IMG/VR virus record: IMGVR_UViG_3300034101_003783
Span: 40,018 to 104,017 of that record
DNA from: a virus
Direction: 5' to 3' (one strand)
Length of the DNA: 64,000 nucleotides
Of the stretch, positions 1 through 10,303 are shown piece after piece (position 1 is the stretch's first letter; each line of letters opens with the position of its first letter). The notes under the pieces were generated by a model that was not told where the DNA came from, searched no databases, and worked only from the letters and a program-made list of their open reading frames with translations. The translations under genes were made by a program, and so were the position numbers.

Positions 1-3000
1 TGTGTTATATTATATTGAAAGTTAGGACCAACAATATTTCCTTGGAAGTCATTAAAAATATTATTATTATTAAAATTACTAGCAATTTGATTTCCTACTA
101 TGTGGTCGCCAATTTGATTATCGAAAATATTTGATCCCCATATATTACCAGACACAAAAGGTTGTCCACAAAAATTACCTATTGTATTGTGTTGGAAATC
201 ATTACCTATATTATTACCATAAAAAGAATCATTTGTATGATTAGATGAAAAGTTTGTTCCTACTTCATTAATCCAAGAAAAATACCCAATTCTGTTATCT
301 GTTGCAAAATCAGCAAAAGTATTTAAATTAAAAAAGTACCCAATTTCATTATCAGCAAAATAAGAACCTAAAGTATTTTCATAAAATATATCAGCAATAC
401 GATTAAAATTAAAACCATCTGTGATAGTATTTCTACTACATCCATAACCTATAACATTATTAAAATATCCTAAATCTGATGTATTAACTGTTACATTATA
501 TGTAAATGACTCACCTATCACATTTTCCGCAAAATTATTTCTTATTATGTTACCACCATCACCGTTATCTACCAAATCAAAACCAAAATAATTACCAATA
601 GTGTTTCCTGAAAATTTATCTAAGATAATATTTGATATTCCAGTTGTTTTATAACTACCAAAATTATTTCTAATAAAGTTATTTTGGAAATATGTACCTA
701 TTTGATTATTAATAAAAGTATTACCTATTAAATTATTTTGGGTGAAACCGCTAGCCAATGGCTCAATTGTGTATCCTGTTATAACTGCGGATGACCCACT
801 CAAATTATCTATTGTGTCGCCAACAGTTAAATCACCTATAATCAAATTTATTATCATTTCATCAACCCCATTATCACTAACTACTTCAGCACTTCCACCA
901 AAACCATCCTCAATTGTTTCACCAATATTAAATGTATTTATATCTGTTATGGTGATAGTCGCATCATTACCTCCTGTCGTTATTGTAATAATGTCACCAA
1001 CAGAATAGTATGTTCCGGCATTACTTATTGTTACACTAATTATAACACCAAAACCATCTGTTGTAATATCAACAGTAAGACCTACTCCTGTTCCTCCGTA
1101 TGTTGTTGGTACTCCTGTGGAATTTGAGTAACCTGATCCACCATTATTTAAGTTTATTGTTGTTGGAATTCCTTTTAATGTCGAATACCCTACTGTTGTT
1201 ACAACCCCTATTAAGTTTGCTCCTGTATCAGTTAAACCATCATTTCCAAAATAATTACCAATATGGTTATTTTGGAAAAATCCACCAATTATTTGTTTTT
1301 CGTTTGTACACCCAAAATAATCCCCAATATCATTTCCTTGAAAATTTGGCCCTACTGTGTTATTAACAAAATAATTTTTTATATTATTAAAAATAAAATT
1401 GTCATCTATAACATTTTTGTTAAAACCATTACCTATATTGTTATTATATGTATTATTTGATATTTCATTGTCTTGAAAAAAATCTCCTATTGTGTTACCT
1501 AAAGGTATAACCGAATCAGTCCCAAAGTTATTTCCAATAGTATTAGATTTAAAATTATTACCTATTCTATTATATGAAAAATCAGAACCATTATCACCTT
1601 TTTGTGCATATATTGAATTCCAGGTTGTACCTGAAGGACTTAATAGTGAATTAAAACTACCCTCAACGGCTGAATTATAAATACCACCCCCAATATTAGA
1701 TCTTGTTATTTCTAAAAATCCAGGTATAATAACATCTATTTCAGAACCAAAATCTGTTTTAGTAAATAATAATTTGTTACCTATAGGTGTTCCTACAGAA
1801 TCATATTCTTGTCTTTCGTATTGGAATCCTCCATTATTTATTGACCATTGTTTAAAAATAATTGAAAAGTATCTGTCTGGTATGGTATTAACTTTCATTA
1901 TTAGTTCTTTACCAACTATTAAATCATCTATCGAACCATCTAATGAATCATTAAAGGTTACATAATTTCTATTTGATATAGTATTAAAATCACTAAAACC
2001 AAAAAAATAATTATTAATAGGAGAGTTTCCAAAAAACCCATCATTAATGACGTTACTACTAAAATTATAACTAAATAAATTTTTAGTGGCGTTATTTCCA
2101 ATACTGTTGGAGACAAATCCATCACCTATCGTATTACTAGAAAACTTATTTTTTATTACATTTTCTTTAAACGAATCATCAATTATATTTGCAAAAAATC
2201 CCTGACCAATGTCATTCCCTTCAAAGACACCATAAATTATATTTTTTGTAAAATCATCATAGATATTATTATTATTAAAATTTGAAAATAGTCTAATGTT
2301 ATCAAAATTATCTTTTATTGTGTTAGATGAAAATACAAAATTATTTTTGTTAAAGGCATCCCCTATAATATTGTTAGTAAAATAATTACCTATTTGATTA
2401 TCTGAAAATTGGTTATATATGATATTATTAATAAAATTATTACCTATTTGATTATCTGAAAACGAGGTTGAGTTTTCACCTAAAAATCTATTCGATTCAA
2501 ATACATCACCAATAATATTATTGGAAAGATTACAATTTATTATATTATTATTAAAATAATAACCAAAAACACACTCATCGATATCATTTGTTGAGACGTT
2601 TTCAAAACAATAATCCCCCCAAACGTTATTTTCATTGTCGGTACCAAAAGTATTATTGTAACTATTGTTACCTATTTTATTATTATTGTATTCACCCTCT
2701 AAAAATAAATTATTTGATAGTAAAAAAATACCTGACCCAATATTTTGATAATTATTAGCATAATCACCAACGTAATTATTAATGGCATAACTATTAAGGA
2801 TTGCATCACCAAAAGTAGTTTTTTCGTAAAAATCATTAGTTTTAACATTTGTTTGTTTATAACTAAAATAACCATTAGTACCATTTGTTTCTTCTATACC
2901 TAAATAAAAAGATAAATTGTTACCTGTTGTTATGGTGTCACCAGTTATTGTCATAGAGGTATCATTACTTATATTAACAACCTCAAAAAAACTAGGATTT

Positions 3001-3653
3001 ATTCCATCAACATATATTACATCACCTAAACTTAAATCTGTAAATTTTGTATTTGTACCTGTAACAACACCACCTAATGCAATGTCAATTAAACCATTTA
3101 ATGGTAAATCAAATCTATAGGTATATAATTTGTATCTCTTAAATAATATGTTTTTATGGTCATAGTCTGTTCTATTATTAAACTCATCAATTCTTTCTGT
3201 AATTCTCCCAAAAGCAACACCGTTTGTTACTTCAGTTGTAGAAAAAGTCCAATCATATCTTATTCTGTCAAAGGGGTGTGATGATTGATAAGCAACTTCA
3301 CTTATTGTATTAATGCTTGTTGCTAAAACCATAATAGGTTCTACCGGTCCTTGTTTGTAATTTCCTGTTGTTATTGGGTTATTGTTTACATCAAAATTAG
3401 GTTGATCATAACAAGTTCTAAAATTTACAATGTTATAGAAGGCACCAGGTATTAAACTATTATTTGTAATTAAATTTACAAATGATGCGTATGTAATAGG
3501 GGTCGCACTTAAAACCCAACTTTGGAAATCTATTATTGGTGTGTGTTTTGTGGTTCCTGTTTGTACATCATAATTAACTATTGGCATAATGTCTGCCGAT
3601 GTGTACCCTGTATTTCCTACATATGGTAATTGTGATATTCTTTTATTTGCCAT
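1..3653 (-). CDS. Large tail fibre/spike-like protein with beta-helix repeats (partial, >1217 aa, runs off the window; absent from ORF track)
   Basis: ATG at 3653 gives MANKRISQLPYVGNTGYTSADIMPIVNY... The same frame is still open at the window edge (...NQIGDHIVGNQIASNFNNNNIFNDFQGNIVGPNFQYNIT). Many NxIGxxFxxN repeats. An internal in-frame stop would have produced a listed ORF. TATTTAT motif upstream. Confidence 0.85.
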   Translation of the reverse strand, partial: MANKRISQLPYVGNTGYTSADIMPIVNYDVQTGTTKHTPIIDFQSWVLSATPITYASFVNLITNNSLIPGAFYNIVNFRTCYDQPNFDVNNNPITTGNYKQGPVEPIMVLATSINTISEVAYQSSHPFDRIRYDWTFSTTEVTNGVAFGRITERIDEFNNRTDYDHKNILFKRYKLYTYRFDLPLNGLIDIALGGVVTGTNTKFTDLSLGDVIYVDGINPSFFEVVNISNDTSMTITGDTITTGNNLSFYLGIEETNGTNGYFSYKQTNVKTNDFYEKTTFGDAILNSYAINNYVGDYANNYQNIGSGIFLLSNNLFLEGEYNNNKIGNNSYNNTFGTDNENNVWGDYCFENVSTNDIDECVFGYYFNNNIINCNLSNNIIGDVFESNRFLGENSTSFSDNQIGNNFINNIIYNQFSDNQIGNYFTNNIIGDAFNKNNFVFSSNTIKDNFDNIRLFSNFNNNNIYDDFTKNIIYGVFEGNDIGQGFFANIIDDSFKENVIKNKFSSNTIGDGFVSNSIGNNATKNLFSYNFSSNVINDGFFGNSPINNYFFGFSDFNTISNRNYVTFNDSLDGSIDDLIVGKELIMKVNTIPDRYFSIIFKQWSINNGGFQYERQEYDSVGTPIGNKLLFTKTDFGSEIDVIIPGFLEITRSNIGGGIYNSAVEGSFNSLLSPSGTTWNSIYAQKGDNGSDFSYNRIGNNFKSNTIGNNFGTDSVIPLGNTIGDFFQDNEISNNTYNNNIGNGFNKNVIDDNFIFNNIKNYFVNNTVGPNFQGNDIGDYFGCTNEKQIIGGFFQNNHIGNYFGNDGLTDTGANLIGVVTTVGYSTLKGIPTTINLNNGGSGYSNSTGVPTTYGGTGVGLTVDITTDGFGVIISVTISNAGTYYSVGDIITITTGGNDATITITDINTFNIGETIEDGFGGSAEVVSDNGVDEMIINLIIGDLTVGDTIDNLSGSSAVITGYTIEPLASGFTQNNLIGNTFINNQIGTYFQNNFIRNNFGSYKTTGISNIILDKFSGNTIGNYFGFDLVDNGDGGNIIRNNFAENVIGESFTYNVTVNTSDLGYFNNVIGYGCSRNTITDGFNFNRIADIFYENTLGSYFADNEIGYFFNLNTFADFATDNRIGYFSWINEVGTNFSSNHTNDSFYGNNIGNDFQHNTIGNFCGQPFVSGNIWGSNIFDNQIGDHIVGNQIASNFNNNNIFNDFQGNIVGPNFQYNIT

Positions 3654-3671
3654 TTTTTTATTTTATAAATA

Positions 3672-4139
3672 TTAGATTATTAATAATGTTGTCGTTGTTG
3701 TAACAGGTAATGGTGGTTTAGGCCCTACACAACAAGGAAATTCAGAAACGTAACAACTATCGTATGGTAAGTCATCCGCAATAAAACTTTCTTGTATATT
3801 TATATATAATTTATCTCTTATTGGTAATATTAAAACCCCATCACTATTTCTTAAAAGGAATTGACCTTCATACCTACCAACCTTTCTTGTGTCTTTATTT
3901 GTAAATTGATAATAAATATAATATTCAGGATCTGAGTTTGGGTCTATCATTGTTTTAGAAACAAAACCGGCAGGTCTTGTTATTATTTTAGGTATACCAG
4001 TTTCAATGTCTACCATAGAAAAAAATATTGCAGAATTTTCTATCAATTCCATCATTCTATTATAATCACTACGACCATCTTTTACAACCTGCATTTTAAG
4101 TAAGGGTAGTGTGGCGTTTTTTTTAATAAAAAATTCCAT
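3672..4139 (-). CDS. BppU-like baseplate/fibre-associated protein with C-terminal poly-Thr tail
   Basis: FFIKKNATLPLL...YQF...DT...GRYEGQF resembles the BppU N-terminal fold. Ends PKPPLPVTTTTTLLII. Confidence 0.55.
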   Translation of the reverse strand: MEFFIKKNATLPLLKMQVVKDGRSDYNRMMELIENSAIFFSMVDIETGIPKIITRPAGFVSKTMIDPNSDPEYYIYYQFTNKDTRKVGRYEGQFLLRNSDGVLILPIRDKLYINIQESFIADDLPYDSCYVSEFPCCVGPKPPLPVTTTTTLLII

Positions 4140-4167
4140 TAATCTTTTTTATTAATAAATATAACAA

Positions 4168-5838
4168 CTAACATTCTTTTCTTAATTGGCCATCATAAAA
4201 ATCAAATCTATTATGTTCAGTTGGGGTTAGGAGTAAAACGGAAGGATTAATATTACCTTTTATTGTTTCTTGATAACAATGGCTCATTAATGTTTGTTCA
4301 TAGGGGTTTTGGAATCTTGTTTTTAAATAACATTTATAGTTTCCTTCTTTTGTCATTAGAATTGGCCAATTTGAAAGATATATTTCCCCGCTAGCATATG
4401 GTACTCCTTTGTGTGACTTTATGTGTTTAAACTCTAAATTAGGAGAGTTTGGGTCTAAACCTTGTTTTGGTAATGTTTTATTATTAACCCAATGTATTTC
4501 TCTGAAACTTTGTGGTACATTATACCATGACCATTGTTTATCATGACTACCAAAAAATTCCGTAAAATTTAATTTCAAAAAATCAAAATTTTCTTTTTTA
4601 ATAATTTCTTGTGTTATATTAAATAAATTTTTTACATAACGATTAAATCCATTTTTACATAAACTAGATTCTTTATTATAGAAAGCCATATCATCCTCAA
4701 AAAAATAATAAGTAGATAAATCATTTTGTTCATTAAAATGTTCCGCAATAAATTGTCTACCACCAGTAATACCAATATTATTTTTTTTGATGTGGCTAAA
4801 TCCGTACATATCACAAATCCTTAAGTATTCTTCTGTTGTTGTTAAATCTGTGGAATTATTTAATAAAAATTTTTTAGTTTTTTTTATAAACGAAGGATCA
4901 TAATCCATCATAGACTCAACCAAAACCTCAAACTGTTTTGGGGAATTAAATGTAATAACGTATAAACCAACACCATTATTATCTATAGTTTGATCTATTT
5001 TTTGTCTTTTATTTTCAAATAAAACAATGTTATTTTTTATGTCCTCAAAAAATTTATATAGTAGTCCGTTTGAATCAATTTTTACATGATCAATTAAATT
5101 AGAATATTTGTATGTTAGAATTGTAAATAAACTTTCTTCAGTTCCCATGTAACCTGATGACAAAGTATCGTACATTAATTGATAATACAAACCATTTAAT
5201 TGTGATATAGTTTCTCTTGTTCCACCAAAAAATCCACCCCTTGCCACCATATTTGGTTTTTTACCAATGTATTCAGACATAGGTCCTATTGAAAACCCAT
5301 GTATCTCTGTGTTTGTTTCGTATGGAAAACAAATAAATGTAAATTTATTAAAAGTATTGTTTATTTTTTCTAAAACTTTGTCATGGGTGAAATACCCAAC
5401 ATTCACCGTGTTTGTAATTCCCGCATCAACCCAATATAATTTTTCTGAATTAAATGGGTCAAGTAACATGGCATCATGTAGTAAAAACATTTTAGACATA
5501 ACAAGTGGGTTATACATATCTAACTTACCTTGTGTTGAATCTTTTAACCAACCTACTTGGTTATACCATTCTGGATTATTTCTTATATTTTGTATTTTAT
5601 TATAAAAGTCATTATTTTTAAACCAACTTAAATCTCTTAATATAAATCTTGTTTTGTTTTGATCTCTACCTTGAGATATAACAAATTTTTGAAGTTCAGG
5701 GTCCCCAAAAATTATCATGTTACAATCAATTTTTAATGTTTCTTTAAATCTTTCTAAATAGAAATCGAAATTTCTTGACCAACCTTCGGTCATATTACCT
5801 CTACCTATATCCCACAAACCTGTAACTAATGTTATCAT
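4168..5838 (-). CDS. HtrL/WlaTC-like glycosyltransferase fused to a second GT-A domain
   Basis: ITLVTGLWDIGR, SKMFLL...DPFNS...YWVDAG, GGFFGG and GTEESLF motifs. The C-terminal domain has YFFEDDM. Confidence 0.7.
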   Translation of the reverse strand: MITLVTGLWDIGRGNMTEGWSRNFDFYLERFKETLKIDCNMIIFGDPELQKFVISQGRDQNKTRFILRDLSWFKNNDFYNKIQNIRNNPEWYNQVGWLKDSTQGKLDMYNPLVMSKMFLLHDAMLLDPFNSEKLYWVDAGITNTVNVGYFTHDKVLEKINNTFNKFTFICFPYETNTEIHGFSIGPMSEYIGKKPNMVARGGFFGGTRETISQLNGLYYQLMYDTLSSGYMGTEESLFTILTYKYSNLIDHVKIDSNGLLYKFFEDIKNNIVLFENKRQKIDQTIDNNGVGLYVITFNSPKQFEVLVESMMDYDPSFIKKTKKFLLNNSTDLTTTEEYLRICDMYGFSHIKKNNIGITGGRQFIAEHFNEQNDLSTYYFFEDDMAFYNKESSLCKNGFNRYVKNLFNITQEIIKKENFDFLKLNFTEFFGSHDKQWSWYNVPQSFREIHWVNNKTLPKQGLDPNSPNLEFKHIKSHKGVPYASGEIYLSNWPILMTKEGNYKCYLKTRFQNPYEQTLMSHCYQETIKGNINPSVLLLTPTEHNRFDFYDGQLRKEC

Positions 5839-5846
5839 TTTGTTTT

Positions 5847-6527
5847 TTATTCTTTATTAAGTTTATCATATATAAAATTATGGTAGTTACCCTGTATCCA
5901 AACATCGTAATTAACAGGACCATTAGGTTGTAAAGTTGATACAAACCCAACGGCATGATTTATCATTAAAGGTATTGTAGTTAGAACTTTAAACCCCTTT
6001 GAAGATAATAAACATAGATGGTCATCTATTGCAATATAATCTTTTTTGTAATTAATATTATCAATTAAATGTTCATAAGCTCTTTTTTTTATTAGATAGG
6101 CCCATGAACCAGTACTTTTAGTTACCGAATATAGATTGTCCGTCACATATTTTAAATCTTCCTTTGGGTTACACCCAAGCAATACAACATCCCACTCAAC
6201 AGATTTTAAATCTAAAACAACTTTTTTTAATACTTCCGTAAATTCTTTTTTTTCTTTTGGGTAATAACAAATATCCTCAATATTAAAATCATCTTCCCCC
6301 ACAAAAATTATTTCTAAATTTTCTTTTTTTGCAATCTTAAATAATTCTAAATGACTTTTAGTACAAGAATAAACTTTTAAATCATCTGTTTGGGCAGGAA
6401 ACCTAAATAAGTTTTTTATCTCATATTTAGAAATCAAACTATTAACATGGATTAACCTATCTACACTACTATCAAGATTTATAAAAAAACCCTTGTTGGC
6501 TAAAACCTCATTTAAAATACTAAACAT
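5847..6527 (-). CDS. Glycosyltransferase family 25
   Basis: FFINLDSSVDR, CTKSH, GEDD, AYLI and AIDD motifs. Confidence 0.8.
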   Translation of the reverse strand: MFSILNEVLANKGFFINLDSSVDRLIHVNSLISKYEIKNLFRFPAQTDDLKVYSCTKSHLELFKIAKKENLEIIFVGEDDFNIEDICYYPKEKKEFTEVLKKVVLDLKSVEWDVVLLGCNPKEDLKYVTDNLYSVTKSTGSWAYLIKKRAYEHLIDNINYKKDYIAIDDHLCLLSSKGFKVLTTIPLMINHAVGFVSTLQPNGPVNYDVWIQGNYHNFIYDKLNKE

Positions 6528-6530
6528 TTT

Positions 6531-7778
6531 TTATAAATTACCCGTTATTCTATTACACCACCCTTTTGATTTAGAGTAAGGCCAAACAACCCAATACTTT
6601 GGTTTTTCTGTTGTATTAAATTCTCTCCATACTTTACAGTATCCATCAGGATCCTTTTTCATTCTAAGGATTTCATTAGTGTCCGCATCTTGTCTGTGAA
6701 GAGTCTCATCCTTACTATTATGAAATGCAACAACCCAAAACTCATAATCATTTTCTGGAACATCGTTAAACGAAACATCAATACAATGTTTAAAGATCAT
6801 TGAAAAACTATTAATCCATTCTTCCTCGTTCTTATATTCATATGGGTTTGGTGGATATTTCTTATCTATTGTATATTGTTGTACTGCTCTTTTAGAGAAT
6901 AAAATACCCGAATATTTTTCATAGTCTTTAATCGTTCTTTCAGACCCCATACCATAAATCCCAATATCCTCATTTAAAGTTTCACCGTCAACACCTAAAA
7001 GTTTTCTATTTTTAGAATGTGACGAATCATTTTTCTTATACCATTCTTTATCATCATCCCATTGTTTTGTTCTACCTTTTCTTGTGTATTCATGCCAAAT
7101 TACAACTTTGTGTGGGTGAAATAAATCATACCCATGGGTATAAGACCTTACCGCAATTGATATTTCTTCTCCATGAAAATAATATTCAGGGTCATGTTGT
7201 ACTTCTTTTGTAAATTCACCTAATGTAAAACAAAAATGAGCCGAGTAGAATCTTGCAGGAATAGGACCCGTTAAGTCTTTCCAATTAGGAATCACTTCGG
7301 GTAAAAAGAAAACACAACCTTCAGGTGTAAATCTATCAAACGCCATTCTCCATGGTTCAGTTACTCTACCTTGTGGGTCGTTATCAGGATCAAAAGACGA
7401 AACATATCCGGTTAATAAAGGTTTTTTATAACCCTTATTCTGTAAATCTGTAATCATACTAATAAGAGTAGAATCCCAACCCTTCTCAAACCTCATATGA
7501 GAATCTATTTGTAATGTGTACTCCTCATTGTCGTATTGTTGTTGTGTAAGATTTCTTGCCCAACAAACTCCTTTTGATTCTACGTACGGAATATTTAAAA
7601 TTTTAAATCTCTTATCATTATCAAACTCAGAAAGATCATCAAATTTATCTTCTTCATTAAATTGTCTTGCAATTGAAAAAACTAAGTTCTCAGGGTTTTT
7701 TGCTTTATCTAAACAATCTTTGATTGTTGGTACTAATTGTGGATCTCTGTAAGACGCAATCTGTATAAAAATTTTCAT
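6531..7778 (-). CDS. GT60-like UDP-GlcNAc:polypeptide N-acetylglucosaminyltransferase
   Basis: IFIQIASYRDP, SKGVCWAR, LQIDSHMRF..GWD, FHGEEI and SYTHGYDLFHP..VIWHEY are characteristic of the Gnt1/GT60 (GlcNAc) family. Confidence 0.8.
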   Translation of the reverse strand: MKIFIQIASYRDPQLVPTIKDCLDKAKNPENLVFSIARQFNEEDKFDDLSEFDNDKRFKILNIPYVESKGVCWARNLTQQQYDNEEYTLQIDSHMRFEKGWDSTLISMITDLQNKGYKKPLLTGYVSSFDPDNDPQGRVTEPWRMAFDRFTPEGCVFFLPEVIPNWKDLTGPIPARFYSAHFCFTLGEFTKEVQHDPEYYFHGEEISIAVRSYTHGYDLFHPHKVVIWHEYTRKGRTKQWDDDKEWYKKNDSSHSKNRKLLGVDGETLNEDIGIYGMGSERTIKDYEKYSGILFSKRAVQQYTIDKKYPPNPYEYKNEEEWINSFSMIFKHCIDVSFNDVPENDYEFWVVAFHNSKDETLHRQDADTNEILRMKKDPDGYCKVWREFNTTEKPKYWVVWPYSKSKGWCNRITGNL

Positions 7779-7826
7779 TTACTTTTTTTGTAAAAAATAA
7801 TAAACAAATAAAATAAAATAAATAAT

Positions 7827-8297
7827 TTAAAGACAAAGATTAGAAACACAAGGAGGTCCTGTTACAATATTAACGTTAACTAAATTTGTAACGTTTGAAG
7901 CACAAAAATATGTTGGCAATATGTGACCTATTGGTACTAATGTATTAATATTACCAAAACAATCTACAAAATCTAACGTTCCACCTTCTATCGTTAATGC
8001 GATTGCCTCTATACAGTTACATTCCGTAGGTAAAGGGCTTGGGGTTGGTGTGGGTGTTGGTGTAGGGCTTGGTGTAATACATGTATATAACTCAAACCTA
8101 TCACAACCTTCCCCATCTATTATTTTAACTAACAAAGATCCTGACGTATTTAATGGTGACGGAACAGTAAAAGTGTAAGACGGTGGACAAGAAGTAAGTC
8201 CCGTTATATAAACACATATTGTATTTGTTATGTCACAAACATAAACATCATAAGGAGATGTACCAGTAATAACGTTTATGGTTATTTCATTTGACAT
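7827..8297 (-). CDS. Cys-rich putative virion protein with Pro/Thr repeat
   Basis: [14 protein letters not shown] linker between Cys-rich beta domains. Confidence 0.65.
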   Translation of the reverse strand: MSNEITINVITGTSPYDVYVCDITNTICVYITGLTSCPPSYTFTVPSPLNTSGSLLVKIIDGEGCDRFELYTCITPSPTPTPTPTPSPLPTECNCIEAIALTIEGGTLDFVDCFGNINTLVPIGHILPTYFCASNVTNLVNVNIVTGPPCVSNLCL

Positions 8298-8627
8298 TTA
8301 ATTATTATTGATTATTTGATTGTAAACTAATAAAATCCCCTCACCATAAGAAGGATACTGATTCATTTCATTTTTAGTTTTTATAATTTCCACAGATTTT
8401 ATTTCTCCGTCTAATAAATAAAATTTAACCGTTTCCCAATCACTAATATCTTCAGGATTTTTCACATAAGTTAAATCATTTATCATACAAATAAAAAAAT
8501 CATTTAATAACGTAATTAAATTATTTTGATCATCTAAAAAAAATGTTTCGTTCGGGACTGAGTAAGTGTTGATATTTTTATCAACATTATACAACTCCAT
8601 AAAAAAGTATTTTTGATTGTTTGCCAT
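8298..8627 (-). CDS. Hypothetical protein
   Basis: 109-aa ORF tightly packed in the minus-strand operon. Confidence 0.6.
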   Translation of the reverse strand: MANNQKYFFMELYNVDKNINTYSVPNETFFLDDQNNLITLLNDFFICMINDLTYVKNPEDISDWETVKFYLLDGEIKSVEIIKTKNEMNQYPSYGEGILLVYNQIINNN

Positions 8628-8631
8628 AATT

Positions 8632-9609
8632 TTAATTTTTTATTATTATTATATATAATTCTCCTTGTCTTGAGTTGCCCGAAACCCCAGATACCGCCGC
8701 CCCTTGAGCCGCAGTACTTGTATTAACGTACCTAGCCCTAATATCAATTGTATGACTTCCTGCACTTAAATTTAATATAGAACTTAATGACCATGTTGTA
8801 TTAGTAAAGGCCACATTTATAGTGTTTGGGTTCATTGTGTTTATGTGATTAAATCCACCATCTGTTTGTAAAGATCCATCAACAAAAATACCAATGTAAG
8901 ATGTAAATGTATAATTAGACCCATTGGTGTTACCTATACCTCCTATTGAAGACACATAAACAGAACAATTACTAGGGACGGTAAAGGTTTGGGATAATCC
9001 TGGAACAACAAAATATGCTGTAGTTGCATTTGATAAAGGAAGAGATGCGTTACCATATAGTTTATATGTTGTCTGACCTAACCCAGCAACTAATTTACCT
9101 GATGAATCAAAAGATGCTGCTTGATTTGGTGTTCCTGTTGTATTACCTACATTTACTGTAGAAGAACTAAAAGTTGTTGCAATTAGTCCTTGTGCGGACG
9201 TATTACCGGTTATATTTAAATTTCCATTAACGGTTAAACCTGTTACAGTATTAATTGTTTGAGTTAAATCGGGTTGACCATTATTTTGTTTTATTGTGAA
9301 AACATTATCACTATATGTAAAACCTGTAACATATGTGTCAGGATCAATTGGTAAATTTTGATATGTTGTTGCCGATATGATATTTGTATTTATACCGTTT
9401 GTAAAAGAAGTAGATCCGGTAACTGTTCCTCCGCTTAATGGTAAAAAATAGTTATAAGAATCTATTATGACATAATCTTTAACATCATCTATCTTTGTGT
9501 TACTTGTGGTTCCTGTCGGATTTAAATAGTTAACAAAAACTAATAAATCAATTGGTGTATAGCCGGTATTTCCGATATAAGGAAACTGTGATATTTTAAC
9601 ATCAGACAT
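8632..9609 (-). CDS. Tail fibre-like protein
   Basis: The N-terminus KISQFPYIGNTGYT is shared with the 3653 protein. LPLSGGTVTG fibre motif, G/T/N/S-rich body, C-terminal beta domain (LSAGSHTIDIR). Confidence 0.7.
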   Translation of the reverse strand: MSDVKISQFPYIGNTGYTPIDLLVFVNYLNPTGTTSNTKIDDVKDYVIIDSYNYFLPLSGGTVTGSTSFTNGINTNIISATTYQNLPIDPDTYVTGFTYSDNVFTIKQNNGQPDLTQTINTVTGLTVNGNLNITGNTSAQGLIATTFSSSTVNVGNTTGTPNQAASFDSSGKLVAGLGQTTYKLYGNASLPLSNATTAYFVVPGLSQTFTVPSNCSVYVSSIGGIGNTNGSNYTFTSYIGIFVDGSLQTDGGFNHINTMNPNTINVAFTNTTWSLSSILNLSAGSHTIDIRARYVNTSTAAQGAAVSGVSGNSRQGELYIIIIKN

Positions 9610-9634
9610 TTTTTATTTTTTTATTATAAATAGT

Positions 9635-10303
9635 TTATTCTGCAATTATGTACTGACTTATTTCTGATAGAATTTTATTCCCATCTTCACTAACAATATA
9701 AAATACGAATGCCGTTACTGTTGGTGTTGGTGTACTAGTAACTGTTGGTGTTGGGGTATTAGTTCCTGTCGGAGTAGGTTTTGGTGTATTAGTTCCTGTC
9801 GGAGTAGGTGTTGGTGTACATCCACAAGGGTTTGTACAAGTTTGAGTTGGTTTAGGTGGTTTAACTGTTGGTGTTGGTGTTGGGTTATTACAACCACAAG
9901 GGTTTGTACAAGTCTCACTTGGTGTTGGTGTTATTGTTGGAGTAACGCTTATTGTTGGAGTAACTGTAGGTGTTGGTGTTGGTACTTTACATGGATCCAA
10001 AGTTGTTGTAGGAGTATTAGTTGGTGTTGGGGTTGGTGTTTGAGTTCTTGTTGGAGTATTAGTTGGTGTTGGGGTTGGTGTAGATCTAGGGACATTAATT
10101 ATGTTCACACATTTACTACCATTTACTAAAATTGTATATGTTCCGTAAATTTCTCTTGGTGGGTTTAATTCGTTAGGAAAAAATACAAAAGGTAATATAA
10201 CTTGACCTAAATTTATTGTTATTAAATCATTATCCGGTTTAAAAAGTACTGTTACACTTTCTCCACTAAAATTTATACTTTCTATTGTAATACTTAAACT
10301 CAT
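9635..10303 (-). CDS. Mucin-like Pro/Thr-rich putative virion protein
   Basis: About 120 residues of (TP)n interrupted by two TCTNPCGC motifs. Confidence 0.75.
   Translation of the reverse strand: MSLSITIESINFSGESVTVLFKPDNDLITINLGQVILPFVFFPNELNPPREIYGTYTILVNGSKCVNIINVPRSTPTPTPTNTPTRTQTPTPTPTNTPTTTLDPCKVPTPTPTVTPTISVTPTITPTPSETCTNPCGCNNPTPTPTVKPPKPTQTCTNPCGCTPTPTPTGTNTPKPTPTGTNTPTPTVTSTPTPTVTAFVFYIVSEDGNKILSEISQYIIAE

Noticed and set aside
742-3120. Short listed ORFs at 742-3120
   Set aside because: They are antisense or off-frame shadows of the long minus-strand fibre gene 1-3653.
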